From: Amphiscolops sp. MND2022
Lineage: Eukaryota
Assembly: GCA_964187785.1 (NCBI GenBank)
Contig: OZ076409.1
Location: 78,804,001-78,868,000, forward strand
DNA length: 64,000 nucleotides
Direction: 5' to 3'
Shown here: positions 54,040 to 64,000 of the stretch, piece by piece
How the letters are laid out: every line of letters starts with the position of its first letter
Numbering within the stretch: position 1 is the stretch's first letter
Program-made: the position numbers and the translations under genes
The notes under the pieces: generated by a model
Told to the model about the DNA's origin: nothing
The model's input: the letters and a program-made list of their open reading frames with translations, nothing else
The model's database searches: none

Positions 54040-54704
54040 ATTTTTCATACGGCGCTTTTTACTAGTAGAAATTGCAAGACTTTTACAGTGGCAAGTTTTT
54101 TCGTCAGGGTCTCTGAAGCGCCTGCTATTAACAAATTTTACATAATCGTTTGGCCTTGCGGTTAACGTATACTTTCTGACCTGGTGAAGCGGCCTGAGAG
54201 GCAGGATTACGTGGGTTCGAGTCCCGTTCAAAACCATCTTTTAAATGCTTGCAAAGGCAAAAAAAGTCCACTCCGTGTTTGTTTTCTGCACCATGTGACT
54301 TTTTTTCACCGTAGCACCCATCAATTTTTAGCAACCTTGACACGTTTTGAGGGCATTAAGGTTTTTCGGCACTATGCGACTTTTCGAAAAATTTGTTTGC
54401 TGGACTTTCTGTTGAGGAAAACCCTTTTCTTAGAATCACATATTTATTTGTGTAGAGGAAGAAGAATCACCATCTGTCTTGCGTTTTTCCAAACTGACAA
54501 AAATTCACTTAGTGATAAAATCCATTCTATTCAGTCACGGTGGCCCAGTTGATAGAGCGTCCGCCGGCCAGTCAGGTCGTGGGTCCGCACCCAAGCTGGA
54601 GCCCGAATTTTTCTTCTTTCTCAGGCAGTAAGTCGCCTTCGCCATACCTTTTTTGCACTACAGTTGTGGCGGATAATATTATGGTGCTTAGTGGGCGTCT
54701 TGTT
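54040..54704 (+). mobile_element. Divergent HINE-like element(s) with tRNA-like segments
   Basis: Starts tttttcatacggcgctttt and ends gggcgtcttgtt; related ends at 27600-27620 and 54899. Confidence 0.55.
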
Positions 54705-55859
54705 ATCATCTGTACTGATTGTGAATGAATCCATATAAAAACGCTTTATGAAATTACGTTTTATAGACTTTTCATCGGTTTTTTTTTCAATTTTAGTCGG
54801 AGTCATTTTAATGCCGAACTCAAAAACTACAAATTTCCTACAAACAAAAACAAACTGTTCGGAGAGGCCTCCCTTTCAAATACAGACAAAAATGTTGGAC
54901 AAGACGCCCGCTGAGCAGCGAGATAATTTCCGCCCCAAACTGTTCTACAACTACATAAATTTAAGGCTCAAGAATAGCCAATGCACTCTAAAAAGGCAAA
55001 GAAGTTCGAAGAAAAGAAAGCTTTGATTCATCTTAGCCCATTTTCAAGGAAAAACATAAGTTACTATTTCTGCGATAGCTGGCCACTTTGCGTTTTTTCG
55101 GCACAATGCAACTTACCGATAAGAACAATTTTCAATACTTTCTTTGAGGAATAAATTTCGAGAAACATTTTTTGCAAATTTCAATTTTTGAGGTTTCCTG
55201 TAAAATAAATAAGTTCCCTGAGTCTTGAGGGTGACTTCTTCGTTACTTTTGATCATATGGAACTGACGAGGTTTCTTATTGATTGTTGAATTTACATCAT
55301 TTCATTTTTTCGGCTCTGTGCGTCTTTCCGAAACTTTCATTTGGTCAAAGTGTACCCCCTTGCTTTCATAGCTGATTTCGACTTGAGAAAAGTAGTTTTG
55401 CCAGCTGAAACTCGTGTCACCATCGTAAAATTTTAGCGGAAAAATTAAAAAAATGGATTTTTGTGATTCCTGTTGGAGAAAAAGTGGTTTCCCTGTCTCA
55501 GGCGTATTTCTTGAGGTGAGTCTTGGCACTGAGAAAATGTTAAACGCTTGAAAGAGGTCTTTTGCAAATTTAGGAAAGTTCAGCGATCAGGGTTTGGTAT
55601 CTTATTGCACATATTAATTTTAGCATAATATAGCACAAGTGTTAAAAATTGGGAATAGTTTTGACAAAGTTGGGGTCAATTTGAGGAACTTTTCTAACAT
55701 GAATCTACAGAAGTCTCTTCAAAACTAGGCCTACTGGACACCGCATTTAGTTGTTTTTGAATGTTTACAAAATTCTAACCCACGAAGTAGCCCGAAACAT
55801 TCTCTTTAGGTCGAAACCTTGACTTCGAAATTTACGTTTTTGAGTAAAATTTTCTGAAA

Positions 55860-56950
55860 GTAGTGCAAATTAGGTTATCTGATATCTTTTTGAAACACTA
55901 CCGGTAGCTACACGTTTCAATCCTGAGCCTATGGTATTTCTGATTGAAGTAAATTTTTGGAAAGTGTCCAAAATTGGGACTATGTTGTCGAAAATGAAGA
56001 ACTTTGACACCTTTGTTGTGAGCTCGATGTACTTCATCTCACTTTCCCCCAATTGCATTTTGAATATCTTATTGCTTCAACGCTCAGGTCATTGGAAGTT
56101 CTATTCTTCAAATGCTTTCATGGTTGGAAGAAAAGTTTGTATTCTTTTGTCAAACGACCTGATTTTTTGTTTCATGGATTTTTGTGTGTTTTTGAGCCAA
56201 TTCCAATAAAAAATGCAGTTCTTTCTTCAAAATTGCTTACTGAAGATACCCAGATTAGTCATTGTTCAGTTGTTTAAACCATTCAATGCAAGGATGTAGC
56301 TCAAAAATTGTACAAAAACGGCCTAAAAAGGTACAAAAAAGATTTTCGAATATTTGGGCCATTCTGACGAATCTTTCGACCATCAATTCGGTAACTTTTT
56401 TGAAAACTGTGTTTCGAGCCCAGATTTTTGATCTGGGGTTTTTCGAAGCTTTTTTCAACCGAAAGTTTCCAATCTAAAATAAAACTTACCTGAAGATGTC
56501 AGAAACCGACAAAAATTTCGACAATTTCGAATTTGCGGTCAATTATGATCCATTTTCCAACCGAAGTCTGCAATACTTCTTTAAAAGCCTACTGGATTAT
56601 CAGTTCAGTCTTTGTTGAACTTTTGCCATCCTTCTGACTTCAAAACGATTCAAAAAATACACAAGTTACACAAAAACAAAGATGTTGAAATTTTTCGACT
56701 CCTTTGGAGGATTTCTGAAGTGTTTCTGAAGCAAGCGAAACGCTGCAACATTCTCTTCAAAAAATGTAATGCATTGGTCGTTCTCTTGTTGTAAAATTGA
56801 TTCTGTTGGAAATTAAACGGAATCTTTCGGAAATTGTACAGAAATTGCATCAAAAACGACAAAGCTTCAATATTTTTTGACAATTCAGGGTCAATTGGAG
56901 GCATTTTTCTCTTACAAATTCAGCTTATCTCGCGACAAAAGCTGACCGAA
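55860..56950 (-). pseudogene. Possible MULE-type transposase relic
   Basis: Only weak frameshifted echoes of the MULE C-terminal motifs. Confidence 0.25.
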
Positions 56951-57029
56951 ACAACAAATTTGCCCATGTTTTAGGCGTGTTAACATAGTTTGTCAACAAT
57001 TGAGCAAAAATAGTGCAAATCCGATAATT

Positions 57030-58200
57030 ATCGAAATTTTTGTCTTTTTCGATGTCAATTCCGGACAGTTTTCGTTTGCAAATCTGCATTTATCACTTTT
57101 TTAGGCATACTGGACAACACATGCTTCCCTTGTTGACCATTTGCAATATTTCAAGTGACGAAGTCGGTCAAAAATTTTAGAAAAAATGCATAAAATCATT
57201 GGAAATAGAAAATTTCGTGATTTTTGTCACTTTCGGTGTCAATTTGAGAAATTTTCATTTAAAAAAATCCAATAAAGTTCTCGGAAAATACTACTGAACA
57301 ACCAACCCTTTCCTTGTTGGCCCTTTACATTTTTCCAATTTACGAAGTCTTTCAAAAACTTGACGGAGAAAAGTGTAAAAACTTTGAAAAATTTAAAATT
57401 TTTGGGTTTTTGTTAATTTCAGTGTCAATTTGATATTATTGCACTTAGAAAACTGCAATAAACTCTTCAGAAAAGCCTATTGGACATCACATTCTTTCTT
57501 TGTTGACACTTTTCAACGTTCCAATCTACAAATTCCGTCGGAAATTTGGAAAACAGTGCGTAAAATCTTCGAAAATGGGAAAATTTTGGAATTTTTGTCA
57601 ATTTCGGTGTCAATTTGAGACATTTTCGTTTTGAAAAACGCAATAAACTCTTCAGAAAAGACTCTTGAACAACCAACCCTTTCCTTGTTGGCCTTTTAAA
57701 ACTTTCGAAATCACGAAGTCTGTCAACAATTTGGCAAAAAATGCGTGAAAACTTTGAAAAATGGAAATTTTGGGGGGTTTTGTCATTTTCGGTGTCAATT
57801 TGAGACTTTTTTTCATTTCGAAAACAGCAAATATCTCTTCGGAAATGCCTACTGGACAACGAATTAGTGCCATGTTGAGCGTTTAAACATTCTAATCCAC
57901 GAAGTCTATCGAAAATTTGATAAAAATTGCATAAAAATGATTAATATCGGGAAATTTTTGGTCTTTTGTCATTTTCGGTGTTAATTCGAGACATTTTTCA
58001 TTCAGATATATGCTTATCTATTGATAGAAGCCTATTGAACAACGAATTTGTGATTTGTTGAACGATTCCAACATTCTTATTCATGATATCTATCGAAAAA
58101 TTTACAAAAATTGCATTGAAACGTCAAAAATTGGAAATTTTGCAAAATTTTTTTGTTTTTGGGGTCATTTTTGGGTCATTCCGGGGTCCTTGGGGTCAAC
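57030..58200. repeat. Degenerate ~185-bp tandem array (6 or more units)
   Basis: Anchor ttttcggtgtcaatttgagac near 57050, 57235, 57420, 57605, 57790 and 57975; outlying units near 55670 and 56530. Confidence 0.8.
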
Positions 58201-59117
58201 TAAAAAAGTCCAGAAATCTCCACAAATACATATCGCATGAAGCTAAATTTATGTGAGTTTAATTCTATGGGTAACACCCTTAGTTAAATATAAATTTGGT
58301 GCTTGGCAAATTTTGTAGAAAATACCAACCGTTTGATTTAAATACTTTCCTTTCCCATATAAGAAATATGGGCGGAAAATTAAAAAAATTGAAAGTTCTC
58401 TTCAACACTGTGTGCCCCTTTTGGCTTATATGATAGTTTTGAATAGGAAAAGCGTTTTTAAGGCTGAATGGTCACCTCTTGGAAAGGTCCCCCGTTGGTT
58501 TCTTTTGGTACTGTGAAATTAAGAACTCCTGCATAGAAGTTTTGCTCCTTTGAATCGCTGACGCTTTGAAGTACTTCTGCTCCTTTTGAACCTTAAGCGG
58601 GGCGCTGGCTTACACCATTACAGAGTACACCATTTGTAAATCAAGTGGAAGAAAACTGGCATTCAAAGTATGATGAAAAACATTCTCGTCGAAACGTGCT
58701 GAAAACGAATATTCGATTGGAAAATCAAAAATTCATGGCAATTGAACCGGAAATTCAACTGAAATCTTTCGACTTTCCTCTCGCATCCATAATTGTTTTT
58801 GTTCATTCCAAATATTTTGTTACTCAACTGGGAAAAATAAGTAAATAAGTTCTCATCAAGGGGAAGCAAAATCATCGAAATGCACCCGGAAAAGTAAAAT
58901 CGTTTCAAATTGCTCTCTGCAACCAAGACACCGGGCGATAACAGCTGAAAATGCTGAGTGCGAGCAATGTGTACTTTCGTATCTGCATGCATGCCTGGTA
59001 CAAGAAAATATCGATAGCTTAATTGTCTTCATTGAGTTTAATTATCAATTTTTGTGTCTATTCTGTTGAACTTCCGTTCTATTTCACGTGAATGTTTGAT
59101 GGTTCAATCGAATGTTA

Positions 59118-59576
59118 GTTTTGCACGTTTTCACTGAAATCTATTCAATCTTTCATTTGATTTTTTTTCAATTGAATTACAGTTCTGCACGTTTTCACTG
59201 AAATCTATCCAATCTTTCATTTGAATTTGTTTTTCAATTGAATTACAGTTTTGCACGTTTTCACTGAAATCTATCCAATCTTTCATTTGAATTTGTTTTT
59301 CAATTGAATTACAGTTTTGCACGTTTTCACTGAAATCTATTCAATCTTTCATTTGATTTTTTTTTCAATTGAATTACAGTTCTGCACGTTTTCACTGAAA
59401 TCTATCCAATCTTTCATTTGAATTTGTTTTTCAATTGAATTACAGTTCTGCACGTTTTCACTGAAATCTATCCAATCTTTCATTTGAATTTGTTTTTCAA
59501 TTGAATTACAGTTTTGCACGTTTTCACTGAAATCTATCCAATCTTTCATTTGAATTTGTTTTTCAATTGAATTACA
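59118..59576. repeat. Minisatellite, 7 near-identical units of 64-66 bp
   Basis: Unit starts at 59118, 59182, 59248, 59314, 59379, 59445 and 59511. Confidence 0.97.
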
Positions 59577-61228
59577 ATTGGTGTGTTTATAACTTGTTCA
59601 CACCACGAAACAATTCAATTCTTCGAGAATTTGATTACTGCAGCTTTCTTCACTTCTTGTCAATAAAGTTTGGCGCGAAGAGGTTCAGATCATTACTGTA
59701 CTAAATGTTCTTTCACCAATTTCATTGATTTTTAATGGAGTCGTCAGTAACTCAACATTGAGATCTTCTAATATATCTCGATACTTTCAGATCTTGAACC
59801 GCACTTGCAACATAACGAGTTTCAGCGGAGCTCATTGCAAAAGCCAAAGTACCGATACTAAGCACAAAGATACCGTTTGTGTATAATGACGCAGAGTGTT
59901 TCAAGTAAGATAATTCCGAAATCCTTCATGTTTGATCTTTGATTTCCCATCCATTAAATCGCTAATTTGACAATTAAAACAAATTCATTTAATGGCAACT
60001 ATTCTTTTCGTGTTTTGGGATGATTTTCTAGTTGATTTGGTACAAAAGAATATGCTAAAGCCGTTATGTATTGAGACAATAGACAAGGGTTCAAAAATTT
60101 TAACTTGCCGATTCAATTTTGGTACTTTTTTAAAAGTTTCTTCACCTAAAAAGTATGTTAAGGAGCTAATTTGGTCGTTGAACCAGATATTCATACCGGT
60201 ACAAAAAAATGAAAATTTCAGTATTACCTTGGAAAAAATTTTTAGGGAAAAATTCCAGCTTTCAATATGAAAATTCCTATTTTACCACTTTTACCATAAG
60301 AATCACCACTTTTGCCATAAAAATTACCATACAAATAACCACTTTGTTTATGAAAGTTACATAGGTTAGTTTCGGCACTGTGGATTTTAGGCTTTTTCCA
60401 AAAAGATTCTAGATATCTTCCAAACAGTACGCTATGTATCTATATACCGAAAAACACCGGTCGAGATAATTTTTTTCCAAATATGAAACACGCCATTTCA
60501 AAATCATGTGAAACCAAAAGAAAGTTCAAATTGAAGACAAAAAATCAACTCAAGTGAAACAGAAACTCATATTAAACGAAGGATGTTCACAATTTATCTT
60601 GTTTTATGAAGCCCGCCTCAATCAGACAAAAAAATCGAATAACCGAATTCTTCAATAACGAGGACAAAAGTTTAATGGATATAGCAAGGGTGGTCAAATC
60701 AAATAGAGCAACTGCATGCGAGACTTTGTCCAGTGAGATGCTTTTTACTGGATCGTAACAAAATCCTTCGTTGTGAAGCAACTTTCAAGAATCAAATTCT
60801 CCGAATAAAATATTGCTCCTGAGATCAGGGATGTATGGATTGCGGTGTGCTAATAATTCATAGATTTGAAGCGATCCCCGAAATATTATGCAACATACTT
60901 GGCCGTCGAAGATAAACATCGACAATATGCAAATAACTAGCCAAAACTTAAAAGAAAATTACGTTTGTATGTATTTCAATTGAACGGATTCTTGATATAA
61001 TAATTGGATGTTTTACTTAGCTTCTGCATCATATAGCGTACACATGATGTTTTACCAAAACGCTCCTACCTACACAACGTTTTGATACAACTTCTGTGAT
61101 TTAGTAGTTTCATCAGCGATCTCAATCAATTCTGGAGGAAATTTAAATTGTTCAAACATTTGATAACAGTAGCAAAGAAAGCATGAAAAAATTTACAGAA
61201 AATTTGTGTCTCCGTCAAAAATTGCGAA

Positions 61229-62433
61229 TCAACTAGAGGACTGCTTTTTGGCATTGATGAGTTCCCTCAAATTGCTTTCTGCGTCTTTCTGATTCCTTTT
61301 CAAGAGTTCTTTCTGGTTCTGAAACAATCCAATAAATTTAAAATTCGCACAATTAATTTCTGTCGCAACTGACTTACTCAAATTCTACCAAAATAAGTCG
61401 CAAAAAGATGTATGATTACCAAAGATAATCATAACTTCACAGACTTTGAAAAGAGGTTGGATAAAAAAACGTTTTCGGATTATTTGTTTAAAAAAGTTGA
61501 AGAAACTAACCTCTAAATCTTTAATCTTCTCTCCATTCTTTTCCACATCTTTAGTTAGCTTGTTCAAAATTTCTCCTTTGCCGTTCATCATAAACCTGTG
61601 AATCAAAACAAATTCACTAAAAGGTTGTCTAAAGACATCTTTGGGTAGAAAATGGAAGCCTATTAAAATTTGACATTCGTTATGAATGGCTGTAAAATGG
61701 CTCCGCTCATACCTCATACTAATTCTCAAGCAGGTGTCTTTTCGAAATTTTCATGAAGAAAAGAGAAAGTAATGCCCGAGGTGCCATAAAATACCAGAAA
61801 ATTTTTGTGAGGTGAATGCTTCCTGTATGCATTGAAAGTTCTCTTCTTTAGCCCGAAAAGTACTCACGAAATGGCGATTGGTATTTTTTTTCGAAACAGA
61901 AAACACAAGGAAAATGAATTCAACGCTGGCGTAAGAATACGTTTTCCACCTTTTTTTCGTACTATGAGTTTTGGAATTTTTATGGTGAGTGAAAAACAAC
62001 CAGGTGTCAAACAGTGTTTTTGTTCTGAAACTCTCATGTCTCCAAAGCCATTTGTCCGTGGGAAACACCACATCTTTTAAATTTTGGGTTTCCGATAACT
62101 TTAGAAAACATTATGCACTCATCGTTTGCTAGCGAAACATCTCGGACTACTAACATTTTTCCACAGCCGATGTACATAACTGTTTCATCAGGATAAGAAG
62201 TAATCTGCTTCTGGGCAATTTCTTTGCGTCTGCACTTCTGTTGCAAATCGCCTATCTGCTGGTCAGCCAAATTCACTCGGTTCTGAGTTTCAACTACTTT
62301 CATTTGCAAATCATTGAAGGCCTGCGAGCAGAGAATCAAATTAATTCCATTTTTACATTTTCTTTACAAAATTTGATATCTCATCTTTTTTTACCTTTTT
62401 CAATTCAGGGTCTGCCATTCCAGCTGAGCTCAT
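61229..62433 (-). CDS. PFDN1: Prefoldin subunit 1; exons 62433-62395, 62321-62155, 61595-61511, 61318-61229 (126 aa)
   Basis: All introns GT-AG. Spliced protein MSSAGMADPELKKAFNDLQMKVVETQNRVNLADQQIGDLQQKCRRKEIAQKQITSYPDETVMYIGCGKMFMMNGKGEILNKLTKDVEKNGEKIKDLENQKELLKRNQKDAESNLRELINAKKQSSS* matches the PFDN1 pattern (DxELKKAF.ELQ.K...DET.MY.G.GRMF). Confidence 0.93.
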
Positions 62434-64000
62434 TTTTCTCTGAAAAAATCATTTGTCTCATCCCGGTAAAATCCAATCGTTTCCATATTAACTTCTATGC
62501 ACAGATGAAAACAAGCGCGTGTTCAAGAGATGCGCCCCGCTGACAATTTATTTTTGTTGAAATTTCACCGTAACTTCTACTGAAGAGGATTCCAACTTTT
62601 TAAATGAAAAACTAACAGTTTTTTCTCATCTCCAGCAAACTTAAGGAAAAATTCAATTTTTCAGGAGCTAACCAATATTCGATTATTTTACTAGTTCTGT
62701 GAAAAATTTGTTCGTCAATTCATGAAAATGTTATTGGACTAATTCGACAACTCGGCTCATTTATGATGGAAAAAATGAAAGAAAATAAGTTTTCTTTAAT
62801 TCGATGTACGACCAGTAAGCTAAAATTAGAATTAAATCGAATTGATCAATATTTGGTGATTCTATTATCTATACAATATGGATAAGGACCACTAATAGAC
62901 TAGAACGGAGGCAGGGCGACGTCAGTAAGGACGAGAGGGCTGAGATGATTAGCCTCAGCGCATGAACCCATCCTCCCAGACCACGTCAGGGTTCGCTGTG
63001 ATCTAGCATCTACCATTCAGTAAATATTCAGTAACTCTGGTATGAAAAAGTAGCGTAAAGAATAGCATCGTCAAGCAATGAGCAGACTTAGAGGGTGGCT
63101 TCAGAAGAAGGGGTCTAGCAAAAATTAGCAGGGGTGAAAAAAGGGTTGGATCAGGAGGCGGGACAGAGCAAGTTGATCTAAGTTTCATCACCGTAGTTTG
63201 GTTTCTATTTCAGTGATAAGTGCATCATTACACAATTATCAAGCTTCTCAAATTACTACCGTAAATATTTCTTCACTCAATATCAAATCATGAAAACAAT
63301 CAACGATGGACCTACGAAATTCATCAGATTCCAACCAAAATTCTCGTGAACAAAATTGATAGTTTCACGCAAAAGACGTTTGATGCCAATTCTTCTAACT
63401 GCTTTAAAGTAAAATTTGGATTAGGACTTGCTTCGGCCTGCAACCAAATTTAATATAGCTTTTTTACGGACTCGAGCGAAATATGAAAACAACATAAGTA
63501 CAAAATGAAAAATTCTCTAATACGCATTACTCGAGTATCATCAGCATACATTAAATACACCCTTGCTACGACTTTTCCAAGGATTTTTTGATAAGCATCT
63601 ACAAACACTTTCAATAACTTCCAATAAAAGAAAAACCAAACCAATTCCATTCAGAGAGGCCTTTAATCTAAGCAAGGATGCTAATATTGGCTGCCATATT
63701 CAATCCACATCATACTTGAAAATTTTGAGCAACAAGCTGGAAATATGTCAATAGGAAGAAAGAATACATGAGACAATATAATAGATTAGGGTAAAAGAGT
63801 TCAGTTGTAAAACTATGTTCCAGGCGTTCAAAGGTAGCACCGATTACATTCAGTAAACTGAAGAAGAAAACAATTCTTTTGGCACCTGGAAAGTCTTACT
63901 CAATTTACTTAATTTTTAAAATAAAGCGTCCAATTTCGGAATTTGATACTTCGTGCAAAAACCAATCAGCTGAATTCTTGTTCATCTCATTTCCAACAAC

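Noticed and set aside
54539..54612. Functional tRNA gene
   Set aside because: B box degenerate (GGTCCGCACCC), no acceptor stem, embedded in a repeat.
427..55529. Numerous short K/F-rich ORFs in the ORF track (e.g. SHSAEKCKRG, GAISKAQK)
   Set aside because: They are translations of non-coding HINE repeats.
59118..59576. CRISPR array or repeat-protein ORFs (MKDWIDFSENVQNCNSIEKQIQ)
   Set aside because: No unique spacers, eukaryotic context, and frame-breaking 64/65-bp units.
63200..64000. Possible coding relic at the window end
   Set aside because: Short ORFs without convincing motifs or splice structure.

Overview
AT-rich animal (invertebrate-type) nuclear DNA, mostly a nested graveyard of transposable elements. 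Two host genes are supported: a complete 4-exon prefoldin subunit 1 gene (PFDN1, minus, 61229-62433) and one internal exon of a Cys-loop/nicotinic acetylcholine receptor-type channel (minus, 5450-5652). Transposable elements: about 10 copies of a non-autonomous Helentron (HINE/DINE-1-like) family, some nested and composite; three Ty3/Gypsy LTR elements, one with an env-like ORF; two Tc1 relics; a CGGBP1-like hAT relic; a ZBED-type hAT deletion derivative with intact TIRs and TSD; LINE relics; MITE-like palindromes; and several minisatellites. The most unexplained object is a recent, GC-rich, highly structured 232-bp monomer at 41592-42305. It is present as one inverted copy plus a tandem dimer, opened at different points, which is what a circular template would leave. 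All calls were made by eye from motifs; no database searches were run, and boundaries of decayed elements are approximate.
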